64,000 nt of DNA, from NCBI GenBank assembly GCA_050084985.1, contig JBITNC010000001.1, positions 141,050,001-141,114,000 on the forward strand, given 5' to 3'. The position numbers and the translations under genes are program-made. How positions within the stretch are numbered: the first letter of the stretch is position 1; each line of letters opens with the position of its first letter. Below, piece after piece: positions 49,304-62,894 of this stretch. The notes below the pieces were generated by a model. The model searched no databases. It had not been told where the DNA came from and worked only from the letters and a program-made list of their open reading frames with translations. This stretch comes from Nageia nagi. Its lineage: Eukaryota > Plantae > Pinophyta.

Positions 49304-50359
49304 TACTACTAAATAAACCCTAATTTATGTCCTTTTTTACGTCCAAACATATTTTATTTTTTTAACTTTAATACCAAAAATCTATGCAAATTTTGATGCA
49401 ACTGACATAGCAATTTTTGCATCAAATTACCAATTTTTACGTCGATTTTTGTATCAAAATTTCATCATTTTTTGTATCATTTTTTCAGAATTTATGTCAT
49501 TTTTTAGAATTTACATCAATTTTTGCATCATATTTTGTATCATTTTTACATATATTTTTAGAAGAAAATATCATAGAATTGTAGATCTTTTAATTCTATG
49601 CGATTTATAAAAAATGGGCTCAAAATGATATAAGAATCAAAAGTTACGGCCTCTACAAGGCACATCATTTTTATTAGGTCTTTGGGGCAATGACATAGGT
49701 CCATTAAACCAGTTCAAGAATGGGTTTAATGGTTTAGGTTTTAAAAATTTAAATTTATTGTATATTTTTTTCCTAAATAATACAACAAAGTTTTTAATGT
49801 TATTGCCTATTTCTTATTGCCTGCTTCTTTATCGACCTTCGAAGGAGTTTTCTTTTCTGCAACTAGAGATGTCTTTGTAACTAATTTTTTTCTATGGGCT
49901 TCTTCTCTACCTTAGGCATCATAGCTATGATTGAAACCTAAAATTTAAAGACAAAAATTAGCTAAATTCTATGAAATGTGAGGATTATAGGGAGGGTTTG
50001 TTGATATATATAGATAGGAGAGGGTATTTGGCTATTGGATAATCACTTTTGCTACAGATGGAGGATGAAATGAATGTGAATCATCGATTGGTCAATTGAT
50101 GAACATGTAAAATATGTTTTAATTTTTGTTAGTAAAATGTGATGCAAATTTTATGTCAGAATTTGTGTTGAAATTTGCATCAAAATTTACGTTATATTTT
50201 CATTATTTTTCGCATCGATTTTTATGCCAAAAAAAAGTGAAAAATGGAAAAAAATAAAATGACACATGTCGATGCAAGAGGATGCAAATTAATATTGATT
50301 TTTATTTTTCATGTTTGAAGACACAAAAAAGGATGCAAATCAACCTTTTGGTAGTAGTG
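49304..50359. mobile_element. Non-autonomous CACTA element
   Basis: Right end TAGTAGTG (CACTACTA on minus), left end TACTACTA, 3-bp TSD GCA/GTA, many TTTTGCATCA-type subterminal repeats. Confidence 0.7.
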
Positions 50360-52769
50360 GTAATTCTTATGAATTTTTCTTCAGAGGAATGCCTAGCCAA
50401 GAGGTATTCAAACACTTCAACTACTTCAATTGGTAATGAGCTCTAGATCCCCTTTCTTGGGGATGAACTTTATGTTTCCCTTATTGATAAGAGTACCCAA
50501 AGAGCCTGTATGTAAGGCCTTAAGGTAGATCTTGTGTAAATTTAGGCTAACAAATTCATAATAGGATTTGTATAATTCATAAGGGAAGCCATCTAACATA
50601 GGGGCTTTACCATCTTCCATCTGAGAGAGAGCTTCCTCCAACTCTTTTTACTTTGTTGCACTTAGCTCAAACAAATGTGAGAGACAAGATGGCATAATGT
50701 CTTTAAATCATTGTAAAGCCTGTGATCTATTTGAAGTATAGGGATGAGCTGTAAACATTTATGTATAATATCAAATAAAAAATTTAGCTATGTTTGGACA
50801 AGAATTCAACCTAATACCATCATAATATAATGCTTTGAATTGAGTAGATTACCTCAAAGGTCTTATTATTTGAAATAATTCTTTGGATACCTTATCCCTA
50901 ATATTAATCTAGCATGACTATGAATTAATTTGAGCTCATTTACCTTCATATAAATTCACCAACTTGAACTTATGTTTGATTTATGCAACATAAAATTGCA
51001 AGCAAGAGCTAAAAGGATTGGACTCTAATTGAACATAAGCTTTAACAAGTTCATATCTAAGATTTGAAGTGCAGTGCTAATGAAATTACGCAACTTTCTC
51101 ATAAAACCTACATAGAAGGCTAGATGTGCTAAAAATTGCATCATTCCACTATGCAATCTATCTTGACTCATCTAATGGTTTGAGAACTAAATTCCACATG
51201 TGGTGAATGTGATAGAGCATAACATCACTTTGGAGGAAGGAAGTATTAAGAAAGAATTAGGATCTATAATGCCTTTACAAAAGTGAAGTTATCCCAATTT
51301 TGAATATGATGGGGGAATGATCAGAGGAGATAAGTCTCAAAATAGTCACAACAAAAGGATCAAAGGATAAATTCCAAGAGAAATATATTTCTCGATGCTC
51401 AGATAACATCACATGATCAAAGCTTTTGAGAACTCTTACATGGTTAGATTGGAAATTAGACCAATTATACCATAATTGCTCAAGGAAGTGCTTTGCAATA
51501 AAGATTGTATTAGGGTATAACAAACCAAGCTTATGCTTCATAGAGAACCACACTTCATGCTCCCTAAGGGCCCACTTATTAGGGGTGAGGTATTTTTTTC
51601 ATTTTCTTTTTCAACCATATTAAAATCTCCACACATAAGCCAAATGATTGGTGGAAGGGATAACACACATCACCATCATGAATGCATCTATCTAAGGCCT
51701 CATTTCAGGCATAAATATTAATAATTTTGAATGATATGCCACCCACTTTCCCATGTAATGAAGTTACTTTTCCAATGGCTACCTAATAAGATGACGATGC
51801 CACCACTTCCATGGGGATGATTGGTAAACATACAATTGGATACCGATTTAGATAAGAATGTAAGCTAAATGTAGAGTGAAATTAGCTACTTTAACTTCTT
51901 ATAGAAAAATAAAATCAAGGTCTCCAAATAGATACAAATAGGACACCATTTCATCTCAAACCATGTAAAATCAAACTCGGTCCATCAACCCTCTAATATT
52001 CCATGAGAAGAAATTCATTCAAAAGTGTCAAGAAGCATACCTCCATTAGCCTTCGTGCTAAGCTCTAAATTAGAAAGAGATTGGAAATACTTAGTAAATA
52101 AACTTTCATGCTCTTTATTCAAAGGTTTGGTGTTTATGATCTTATCAACATGAACTAAGGTATGTCCTCTAGGAGGGCTACATGAAGACCAACCCTAGGC
52201 TTAAGTGTGAATACCCTCTACCTATTACAACTATTGAATGATTGTAGAAACTAAGGGAAGACCATCATCCTTCACATAGGACCTTGTCTCATTAACACCA
52301 TATCATGTTTAGGGGGGAGTGGTTTTAACCTCTAGGGGAGGTTTAAGAGTAACAACTTGAGCATAACTTGCCAAGGGTTGGTTGGTATTCACTGGCTTGG
52401 TCCCTTTACCCTTCCTACATGACATTATCTACCACTCATTATCTACCACTCCTCTCATGTACCCTTAGTGGGTTGAGTCAACGAAGGAGATAATGTCTAA
52501 CACTCTTCCTATGTACCATTAGTGGATAATCCTTGATTCTGTGAGAACCTGACTGACACCTATAGAAGGTGTTTGAGGGATTAACATAGACTAGCCTTTA
52601 GCGAAGAAGTATATCTCTAACTTGGATATCAATATAATCCTTTAAGAATTTAGCCATATCAACTTTGACATGCATCCTTTTGGATGAATGAGCCAAATAG
52701 AACTGAGCTAGTTTATCACAAATAAACTCACCAATTTGCATTACAAGGAGGTGGAGAAAAGGCCAAACG

Positions 52770-55700
52770 TGTTAGGTCCCTATACATTATATTGTTAGGT
52801 CGGCTATGGTTATTGTTATTTCCTTATTTATTATTGTTATGTCGGCTAGTGTCCTTTCATTGTAGTAGCAACCCTTGGAATCCTATATATACCAAGGAGA
52901 TATTATCATTTGGAATGTGGATTGTTTTGTAGTTGATGTGATGTAAAGGAGGTTGCCCCCTCGAAGTGGCTTATTGTTACAGATTTTATCTCTTATTCAA
53001 GGCTTGAGCACTTTCTCTTGTGATTTTATGCTATCTTGGGAACTTTGTTCATAACATTTGGTACCAGAGCAGACGATTCTAGGGTTTCACAGCTCAAAAC
53101 TAGTCATTGTGGCATTCGCTACCAATTTTTTTTGGGAGGATTTAGATTCTGAAATTTATTGGGTTTTTTGAAGACATACCGAGGACATTTTAGTTAAAAT
53201 TTCAGCTCCTAATTCGCTATATTTTTTACGTTACACTCAGGGGAAGTTAAGGTTTGTGACTAGTCTCAAAAGCAGGTCTGAAATAGGTGTTCTAGCTAAA
53301 AAGGGTATATATGAAGTTTTACAGCTCCAAACTTGGTGATACCTATTGGATTGGTTAGGTTATATACTGAAGTTTATCTGTTACAATTTTCAAGGTCTGA
53401 GAATAAACAGGTGACACAAGGCACTTCATACAAGTTCGCTCTTCAAAAAAATCCAAAAATCAGCACATTTTGGGAAAATTGTAGTCATTTTCTCTTGGAC
53501 TATCAGAATTTGACGAAATCTATGGCATTGAAAAGAAGACATCTGAGGCTACCATAGGTATAAATTTCAGACTCTAAAGGGCCGAAATTTCATATTTACA
53601 TCAGTTGGAAGGTTGGACAATAGAACAGTCTCCAAATCACGATTTAAAAAGGTACAATTTATTTATTTATTTCTTTAAATTTGCATATATTTTGATTGGA
53701 AGGTCTATTTGGGGTGATTCATAAGCTATTGGAAAGAAAATAAAGACTAGATTCTTTTAGGTATAGACGTGTTCTGGCATCTTTAAACATAGGAGCTGTC
53801 ATTACTTTGCCAGCACTGCATCCCGAGGAATTGTGGTCTCCTACAACGTACTCGCAGTATATCGCTTAGGCCACTGTTGGATTCTCTCACGTACCTTTGA
53901 GTATATAGAGAGGCCATCATGCTCATGCACGTACATGGTATATAGAGAGGTCCTTTAGGATTCCCTCACGTACCGCGAGTATATTAGCAAGGGCCCTTTT
54001 CGAACGGTTGTGCATTAGACAGCACTAACACAGAATTGAGCTCCCACGTACCTTGCGTATATAGGGAGACCCCCTAGAATCCTAAAACCAACCAAGTTAA
54101 CCTTTTGATCATATAGGAAATTCCTACTCCATAGTAATACTTAGTCAAAATGCCACCCAAAAAAATTGCTACACCAACTAAACCTCTAGAGGGTTCATCC
54201 ATGACTATAGCAGAAAGTGAAGACATATTCTTCCGAATATCCCAAGTGGAAGAATTGGTTAAAGGGTGTGTAAAAAAGGGTGATATAGAGGAATTAAAAA
54301 GGGAATTGACAAAAGAGATTGCAACTAAAATAGATCAAAATATGGAAAAGATTTTTCAACTCATACAAAAACCAGAGGGAAAGATTCCTAAAGATGTTGA
54401 TATGGCCCAGGGTTATCAGGAAAATAATGATATTGTTCAAGGAGATAAACCCTTCATTAATAAGCCTAATTCAGGAGGATATGCTTCTACTAATGGAAGT
54501 AGTCAATCAGGGTTCTCAAGGGGAATCCAACTCCCCAAGATAGACATGAGGAAGTTTGATGGAAAGGACCCCATCACTTGGATATTTCAAATGGAGCATT
54601 TTTTTGATCTACACCAAGTACCAACATCACAAAAAGTAACTATTGCATCCTTGTATCTAGAGCCTGAGCAGGTTGTATGGTATCAATGGCTTTGTGAATG
54701 TAAAAAGGGTTCTATTATATCTTGGTCTATTTTTACAGAGGAACTGATAGCCTACCATGAGGATGTTAAGAATAATTCCTTCTTTACTCAATTGACAAAT
54801 CTAAGGCAAAAAGGTTCAATGATGGAGCACATTCAACAATTTCAAAAGTTGAGTCTTAGAGTGAATGACATACCAAGTGATAGATTGTTGGATCTCTTTT
54901 TGGGAACCTTAAAGGATAACATTCAACATGAGGTGCGTCTATTTGAACCAACATCCTTAGATATGGCTTTTAGGATGGCAAGGAAGGTTGAAAGTAAAAA
55001 TATGGCAATGGCTACTAAAAGGTTTCCCTCGAACACCTATAAAGAAAATAATGTTAATTCTTCTTACTTACATAAACCTACAAGGATGACACCTCAACAA
55101 ATGGATGAAAGACGAGCAAAGGGTCTATGCTTCAATTGTGATAGCAAGTACAGTAAAGGACATAAGTGTGGGGAAAAGAAATTATTCTACATAGAATGTG
55201 AAGAAGAAGAAGAAGAAGAAAAATCATCCACACTCGAAGAATTAGAAGAGATTACTACTGAAGAAATGACTCCCACCATATCTTGTAATGCATTGTCTAG
55301 AATTACTACTCCTCAAACTCTCAAGATAGAAGGATATATCAAGAAGAAAAAGGTAATAGTGTTGATTGACTCTGGTAGTACACATAATTTTATTCATGCC
55401 AAGATAGCCAAAGATTTGAATTGCTTCATATATCCAGCGCCAGAGTTTCAAGTGATGGTGGCAGATGGAGGAACTATAAATTGCTCAGGGAAGTGCCACA
55501 ATATCAATTTAACCATGGGGGAATATGTACTAAATAGTCCAATGATTGCCATTCCAATGGGGGCTGCTGATGTTGTCTTGGGGGTCCAATGGTTACAATC
55601 ATTGGGAATAGTGGCTTTTAATTTTAAAGAACTTTTCATGACATTTTCCTTGGAAGGAAAAGATTTTGAATTAAAAGGTAACAAAGCAAAAGATTGTAAG

Positions 55701-58700
55701 ATAATCAGCTCTAATGGTATGATAAAACTTTTAAGGAAGCAAAGAAGTGGGGTAATTGTACAATTATGCTCACTAGATGTCCAAACATCTAAGCCAGGTA
55801 ATTCACCAGATCTCCAAAAAGTCATTAATAAGTATCCTAAGGTATTTGATACTCCCAAAGGTCTACCCCCTAATCGAGATCAAGATCATGGTATTAACTT
55901 AATTCCAGGAAGTGTTCCTCCCAACATTAGACCTTACAGATATCCATATGCCCAGAAGAGTGCAATTGAATGTATGGTTGCAGAAATGCTAAAAACAGGT
56001 ATAATTCGACCAAGCCAAAGTTCTTTCTCTTCCCTAGTTGTAATGGTGCTTAAGAAGGAGGGAGAATGGCGCATGTGTCCAGATTATAGAGAGCTAAACA
56101 AGCTCACTATTAAAGATAAATTTCCCATTCCTATCATTGATGAATTGTTGGATGAATTACATGGAGCAAAATACTTTACCAAGCTAGATCTTCGCTCAGG
56201 ATATCATCAAATTAGAATGAAGACAGAAGACATTCCGAAAACAGCATTTAGAACTCATGAAGGTCATTATGAATTCTTGGTCATGCCCTTTGGCCTTACT
56301 AATGCACCTTCCACTTTTCAAAGCTTGATGAATTCTATTTTTAAACCCTTCCTTAGAAAATTTGTGTTAGTATTCTTTGATGATATACTAATCTATAGCA
56401 AGTCTTGGGAAGATCATGTTCAACATGTTGATAGGGTGCTCAAACTATTGGAGGCACAACAATTGTATGCAAAACCATCCAAATGTTTCTTTGGGGTACA
56501 GGAGGTGGAATATTTGGGTCATATTGTGTCTCATGAAGGTGTTAAGCCAGACCTTAACAAAATTAAAACCATCAAGGAATGGAAACTTCCCACAACCTTA
56601 AGGCACCTTAGAGGATTTTTGGGGTTGACAGGGTATTATCGCAAGTTTGTTAAGAATTATGGGCGAATCGCCGCACCTCTAACAACATTACTGAAGAAAG
56701 ATGCATTTTCTTGGACTCTAGAAGCAACTAAGGCCTTTGAAAATCTTAAAGAAGCAATGTGCAAAGCTCCTGTATTAGCTACACCAGACTTCACAAAAAC
56801 TTTTATTATGGAATGTGATGCCTCAGGAAATGGCATTGGTGCTGTTTTAATGCAAAATGGAAGACCCATTGCCTTTGAGAGTCGTCCAATAAAGGGAAAG
56901 AATTTAAACAAACCTATTTATGAGAAAGAAATGATAGCAATACTACATGCCTTGAAGAAATGGCGTCCTTATCTAATGGGAAGGCACTTCAAGGTCAAAA
57001 CAGATCATGATAGTCTTAAATACTTCTTAGAACAAAGACTATCTTCAGAAGAGCAACAAAAATGGGTCACAAAAATGTTGGGTTATGATTTTGAAATCAT
57101 TTATAAGAAAGGGAAACAAAATGTTGTGGCAGATGCACTATCAAGAAAGGATGAGGATGTTGAGGCATTGATATGTGCAATTTCAATTCTCCAACCTGAG
57201 TGGATAATTGAAGCAAGGGATGAATGGAGGAATGATGAGAAGGTGTGGACACTCATTCAAAAGCTGCAGCAAGATCCTAGTGTGTCTGATACATTCAGTT
57301 GGAAAAATGATTCTCTATGGTACAAGGATCGCTTATATTTATGTAAGAACTCAAAACTAAAACAAAAAGTTCTTTTGGAATTACACTCCTTTCCTCTAGG
57401 AGGACATTCTGGAGTTTTAAAAACTTACCACAAAGTTAAGAAGGAATTTTTTTGGGATGGCCTTAAATCTGATATCCAAAAGTTTGTGGCAGAATGTTTG
57501 GTTTGCCAACAAAATAAAGTTGAAACAATCAAGACCCCAGGTCTTTTACAACCATTAACTATTCCAAGTCAGCGTTGGGAGGAAGTCTCAATGGATTTTA
57601 TCACAGGTCTACCCAAGTCTGAAGGAAAGAGTGTCATCATGGTGGTTGTTGATAGACTTACCAAGTATGCACACTTTTGTGCACTATCCCATCCCTTCAA
57701 AGCTAGTATAGTTGCTACTGCATTCATGGAGACTGTTCAAAAATTACATGGAAACCCAAAGATTATTGTAAGTGATAGAGATCCCATTTTCACTGGTAAT
57801 TTTTGGACAGAATTATTTTCTTGTCTAGGTACTCAATTGGCTCATAGCTCATCTTATCATCCTCAATCTGATGGGCAAACTGAGATAGTGAACAAATGTT
57901 TGGAAGGATATCTTCGTTGCTTTGTATCTGATAAACAAACACAATGGGTCAAGTGGTTATCTTTGGCAGAATGGTGGTATAACACTTCCTTCCATACCGC
58001 AACAAAAATGACCCCATTTATGGCACTTTATGGATATCATCCACCATCCATCACATCCTATTTAAGAGACAAATCAAAGGTTCAAGCAGTGGAAGATCAC
58101 ATAGAGCATCAGCAACAAGTTCTCCAACTCTTAAAGGATAACCTGACTTTGGCACAGAATAGAATGAAACAACAAGCAGATCAACATCGTAGTGAAAGAA
58201 GTTTTGAAGTGGGTGATTGGGTATTTTTACGACTACAACCATACAAACAGATGTCCCTTAGGCAATCTAAGAAGGATAATAAACTATCTCCCAAGTACTA
58301 TGGGCCTTATAAGGTGTTGCAAAAGATTGGTAGTATGGCATACAAATTAGAGCTTCCAACTTCTTCGAGAGTACACCCAGTTTTTCATGTTTCATGCTTA
58401 AAGAAGGTTATCGGTGACAAGATCTCAGTTCAAACTACACTTCCAGAACTCGATGAGGAAGGGAAAATTATATTGGATCTAGAAGTAATCACTAAATTAA
58501 GAATCCAAAAGCTAAGAAATAGATCAATTTCAGAGTATCTCATTAAGTGGAAGAACCTACCTGCTGAAGATTCCACATGGGAAGATGAGAATTTTCTACA
58601 GAAGCATCCAGAACTACTCAAACATTGAGGACAATGTTTTCTGAAGGAGAGGGGCATGTTAGGTCCCTATACATTATATTGTTAGGTCGGCTATGGTTAT

Positions 58701-58943
58701 TGTTATTTCCTTGTTTATTATTGTTATGTCGGCTAGTGTCCTTTCATTGTAGTAGCAACCCTTGGACTCCTATATATACCAAGGAGATATTATCATTTGG
58801 AATGTGGATTGTTTTGTAGTTGATGTGATGTAAAGGAGGTTGCCCCCTCGAAGTGGCTTATTGTTACAGATTTTATCTCTTATTCAAGGCTTGAGCACTT
58901 TCTCTTGTGATTTTATGCTATCTTGGGAACTTTGTTCATAACA
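52770..58943 (+). mobile_element. Intact Ty3/gypsy chromovirus (Reina-like): 287-bp LTRs 52770-53056 and 58657-58943, PBS 53059-53070, TSD AAACG
   Basis: LTRs differ at 2 of 287 positions; perfect TSD; PBS TGGTACCAGAGC; PPT GAAGGAGAGGGG; single gag-pol ORF with chromodomain. Confidence 0.97.
54150..58628 (+). CDS. Gag-Pol polyprotein, 1492 aa (Gag, PR, RT, RNase H, integrase, chromodomain)
   Basis: LCFNCD..GHKC; LIDSGSTHNF; LDLRSGYHQIR..VFFDDILIYS; ECDASG; HS..GGHSG..C..C; SMDFITGLP..VSDRD..DGQTE; GPY; EYLIKWKNLPAEDSTWE. Confidence 0.97.
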   Translation: MPPKKIATPTKPLEGSSMTIAESEDIFFRISQVEELVKGCVKKGDIEELKRELTKEIATKIDQNMEKIFQLIQKPEGKIPKDVDMAQGYQENNDIVQGDKPFINKPNSGGYASTNGSSQSGFSRGIQLPKIDMRKFDGKDPITWIFQMEHFFDLHQVPTSQKVTIASLYLEPEQVVWYQWLCECKKGSIISWSIFTEELIAYHEDVKNNSFFTQLTNLRQKGSMMEHIQQFQKLSLRVNDIPSDRLLDLFLGTLKDNIQHEVRLFEPTSLDMAFRMARKVESKNMAMATKRFPSNTYKENNVNSSYLHKPTRMTPQQMDERRAKGLCFNCDSKYSKGHKCGEKKLFYIECEEEEEEEKSSTLEELEEITTEEMTPTISCNALSRITTPQTLKIEGYIKKKKVIVLIDSGSTHNFIHAKIAKDLNCFIYPAPEFQVMVADGGTINCSGKCHNINLTMGEYVLNSPMIAIPMGAADVVLGVQWLQSLGIVAFNFKELFMTFSLEGKDFELKGNKAKDCKIISSNGMIKLLRKQRSGVIVQLCSLDVQTSKPGNSPDLQKVINKYPKVFDTPKGLPPNRDQDHGINLIPGSVPPNIRPYRYPYAQKSAIECMVAEMLKTGIIRPSQSSFSSLVVMVLKKEGEWRMCPDYRELNKLTIKDKFPIPIIDELLDELHGAKYFTKLDLRSGYHQIRMKTEDIPKTAFRTHEGHYEFLVMPFGLTNAPSTFQSLMNSIFKPFLRKFVLVFFDDILIYSKSWEDHVQHVDRVLKLLEAQQLYAKPSKCFFGVQEVEYLGHIVSHEGVKPDLNKIKTIKEWKLPTTLRHLRGFLGLTGYYRKFVKNYGRIAAPLTTLLKKDAFSWTLEATKAFENLKEAMCKAPVLATPDFTKTFIMECDASGNGIGAVLMQNGRPIAFESRPIKGKNLNKPIYEKEMIAILHALKKWRPYLMGRHFKVKTDHDSLKYFLEQRLSSEEQQKWVTKMLGYDFEIIYKKGKQNVVADALSRKDEDVEALICAISILQPEWIIEARDEWRNDEKVWTLIQKLQQDPSVSDTFSWKNDSLWYKDRLYLCKNSKLKQKVLLELHSFPLGGHSGVLKTYHKVKKEFFWDGLKSDIQKFVAECLVCQQNKVETIKTPGLLQPLTIPSQRWEEVSMDFITGLPKSEGKSVIMVVVDRLTKYAHFCALSHPFKASIVATAFMETVQKLHGNPKIIVSDRDPIFTGNFWTELFSCLGTQLAHSSSYHPQSDGQTEIVNKCLEGYLRCFVSDKQTQWVKWLSLAEWWYNTSFHTATKMTPFMALYGYHPPSITSYLRDKSKVQAVEDHIEHQQQVLQLLKDNLTLAQNRMKQQADQHRSERSFEVGDWVFLRLQPYKQMSLRQSKKDNKLSPKYYGPYKVLQKIGSMAYKLELPTSSRVHPVFHVSCLKKVIGDKISVQTTLPELDEEGKIILDLEVITKLRIQKLRNRSISEYLIKWKNLPAEDSTWEDENFLQKHPELLKH

Positions 58944-61301
58944 AAACGATTAGGGGTATACCTGAAAATTCCACCTATAGAGCGATAACTAGGGAGACAT
59001 TATCATTGACTGAAAAAACCTTAGACCATGGTTGAAAAATAAGAAGAGTTTTATAAATGTAGCTTGGACCCTTAGATATAACTTTCTTTGTTTATTCAGG
59101 ATTAGAAAACTAAAAGTTAAAAAAATACCTTAGTGAGGTTTTGAACATAATCAATTGATGGGATATGACCCAGAAAACACCCTCTGAGAGTATGATACTC
59201 TAACCGTGCATAATCTTGATGAAACCCATTCAAATGAATGACCAAGTTAGGAGATTCATTACCTCACTATAAAAATTGGGGATGAACTTACAAGGATGCT
59301 TTGCTATGGGTGCCATGCTCATTCTAGTAGCTTCAACCAAAAGTAAAGTTGAAGATTGAGGTTGATGCATCTTAAAAATAAATAAATTTACCTAAGGTTG
59401 AGTAAATGCATAATCCTGATCAAGATACAAATAGATCAATCATGCACACTCTTCAAGAGTAAATAGCATGCATGAGAACTAGGAAAACCTAATGCATGAG
59501 ACTTAGCTTGCTGCTCGACTCTCTTTAGTAGCTAGTATCACTAGAATTACCTATCCAAAGTTTTTAATCAATTTTTGCATCAATTTCCTTATCATAATTG
59601 AAGATGCTTAACTAACTAAAACTTGACCTTTATGTTTGAAAATACTAAGAGAAATACATAAGTCACATTATTGATTTAAAGTGTTAATAACACATTATAA
59701 GTTTAATAAAATGGCTTGTTATATTGGAATTTGAAAATGTAACTTTCAAATATAGAAAAATCCTTACTAAATTGGATAAGTATTGCATTGAACGATAATT
59801 GAGTTTTAGTTAATTCTAATTTTATTTGATGTAGTTAGTTTTGAAAAATACATTTTGGTGTATTCATTAATGACTTACATTATTTATTGGCTTTAGGATA
59901 ATATCCTTAATATTATTTTCAAAAATATTTGGGAATCAAATATTTGAGCTTGCATGTTGTTTATTAAAACTTTAGGATCATAAATTAAATTTAATATATT
60001 AAGTGTACACTTGAATTTGCTTAAATATATAATATTTTTTTCATTTAAATTAAAACTAACAATTGTTATTAGTAAAAAATAAAAACCTTATTTAGAAAGA
60101 GTTTATGGACTAATTTTTTACTACAAAAAATATAGCATCTTGAATGTTTAATTTTTAAAAAGAAAGTAAACTTTCATTATCTTATTTTATGCATTGAACT
60201 ACTTTAATACTCTTCTTTAAATAGTTAATGTAAATTGTTCATCATATAAAAAATAAATATCCTGTATATATATGATGTTGATGATAGTTAAAATAAAAAC
60301 TTTCTTGATTTAAAACCCTATAAGACTTCTTCTTCCACTAGTAGTTGAGATATATTGAAAGAATACATTTCAAAGTATTCATAAGTATCTAAATGTTATA
60401 AGGTTACAACTCTTGTCAACTTTAGTAGTGTAATAGTCCATTGTAAACCAATATTTCAACCTCTATAATAGCCATCTCTTTTATCTCAACTAAATCCATC
60501 TAAAAGCTAATATATTATATTAATGAAAACTTAAACAACATTAACTATCATATATGATAGTCATAGTCTCTTATGCACCATACCTCATAATTCTTTGATT
60601 CCTACAATTCACTTCATACGATAACAGACTAGTTCTTTTCGTAATCTAATCTTCAAGCTCCTAAAACATTGCCATCTCATGATCCCATCTTAACACTCCT
60701 TAATCAGATCATACCCTTGATGGTCAAAATGCAGAATCTTTACAAGACGTAAAATATGAATATGATATTATAAAATAAAATATTGATATAATATGTTGAA
60801 CAAATAGTGGAAAGACCATTTGAAATGAGGTTTTAGAAAATCTTTATATTGATACCTTAAAATACCCTAATTGATAAAATTTTATAATTCAAAATTTTGA
60901 TATGTTTAGTAGAAAGGAATAAAGATATCCATACTCATTGCTTTAACTACATTTGTGTTGATAAAATCTTATTCATATGTTTTGAAAGAATCCTCAAATA
61001 AGCAATCTTAAAGGTTTTATTACTTTCCTCATGATTTGATATTTGATTACACCAAGAGGCATCCTATAACCACAAATAAAGGGGGACATAAAGAACCCAA
61101 ATGTGTGTAACAAAACCATATCATGTAAATATTAAAATTTCAATTTAAAAAATTAATAGTCGTTTAAACTCAAAAGGAATAAAAAAATAACATATAAAAC
61201 TATATAAATGCAAAATGCTAAGAATAAATTATGCAAAATAGATCACATTAGAATAAACTAGCTTATATGCTTTAGATATATATCTACTAGCTTAAATATC
61301 C

Positions 61302-61321
61302 TATATATATATATATATATC

Positions 61322-61354
<33 letters not shown>
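61302..61354. repeat. (TA)n(TATG)n compound microsatellite
   Basis: Direct reading. Confidence 0.95.
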
Positions 61355-62894
61355 TGAGAGGTATGAATATCAAGGTTCTTATCTTGGAAATTACACTTCT
61401 AAGAAATAATTCAGGCACCTCGATATTGAGACCTCTTATTATTTTTAGATATGTATTGAAGATATCTAAGCTAGTTTTAATTATCTTTAAATATTAATTG
61501 CTTAAGCATTTAGTATAAAAATTTGTGAAAGAATTGATTTTGTTGATGTTTATGAATTTAAATAAATTGAAAATAAAACTTTATTTATTAGGTGATTAAA
61601 TTCCAATCTAAATTAAATATATTGACTTGTTATCTAAAATGTAGAATTAATAATATTTTAATGAAAATTTTATGATCGAGATATAAAGAATGAACTTACA
61701 ATGAATATTTCAATAATTTGGAATAATTATAAGAATATATGCATTATTATGAAACTATAACTATTTTTGTTCGTTTGATAAAATCTTTAGTTCAAATAGC
61801 TAAAATCACTTATGATTCAACAAAATAATTTTCTTAGATTTAAAATATTTTTATTTAAAAACTATTTATACGACATGCTAATTTGTTAAATGAACTTCTT
61901 TAGAAAGTATTCAATACAATCAAGGAAATATGTCTTTTAAGAAAACTATAAGAAATATCATTTTTTAAATAAGTTTGGGAATTAAGGTAAAGTTTGTTAA
62001 AGGTTGAGATATATATATGGTTAGTATTTGATAAGACTATTCTTACATAGGATAATCTTATGAGAAGAGAATGTGAAGTACCAACTTAGTTTAGCTTATG
62101 CAAACAAGAGCAAGAATAAATTTATCACCTATTTGAGGTATGTAAAATAAGTTGAAATTTTTTATAGTATTTTTATAGATAACATTATAATATAAGTTGA
62201 AATTAACAAGGTTATTTGAAAAAGATCTTAGAAATTGGACTTGAGGACACATGTTGAATTATTTAAAAGAAATAAAGTAAGAGGGTATTTAAAAGGAAAA
62301 TATATTAGTGATTTGGATGTTATAAAAGATAATAACTTATATTAATGAGCACATACCTTTTATATCTAATAAACTTATCTTAAATACAAAAGCTATGATT
62401 ATAGATAACTTATATAAATACATAAAAAATCAATAAACTTCAATTTTATTGAACTAGAAATAGGATCGTGAAAATTAAATCTTCACAAGATTTTAAAAGG
62501 ATATTTTGATAAGGTAAGACAAGGATGAATAATCCATAACATTAAAAATAAATTATAGTTCAAATTTAATTCAATATTTATGTTCAAATTTAACTATAAT
62601 CCATAACATTAAAAAGAAATAATAGTTCAAATTACATTCAATATTGATCATAGTCAAATCAATAGGCAAAACTATGAACAATATAACTCAAGAGACCAAA
62701 TGCTTTTATTGACCTTACCCTAATCAAATATAAATTCAAATGAACTACAAACCTATCATTTACCTATTCTAAATAGATCACAACCTAGATCTAAATCCAA
62801 TGAGGTCAAGATGGTTTACTCCCAAAGTTTGAACCTTCATTCCTCTTAAAGGAAGTATGTTGGCATAATATGATATACTAGTATATCAATATGT

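Larger units (their letters stand above)
47600..59400 (-). mobile_element. Decayed L1-type LINE (ORF2 starts at 52018), interrupted by a CACTA derivative and by the intact gypsy element
   Basis: MNFFSWNIRGL (endonuclease start), ISSDHSPI, KAPMLDGFPYELYK..IKFIPKKGD (RT), NFEDDSFL, CAFCNEPQSCMHKFWSC (zf-RVT-like). The RT core appears partly deleted; outer limits approximate. Confidence 0.82.

Noticed and set aside
55242-58819. Short antisense and alternate-frame ORFs over the gypsy polyprotein, and periodic ORFs in the tandem repeats
   Set aside because: Shadow ORFs of the real frame or by-products of repeat periodicity; no independent motifs.
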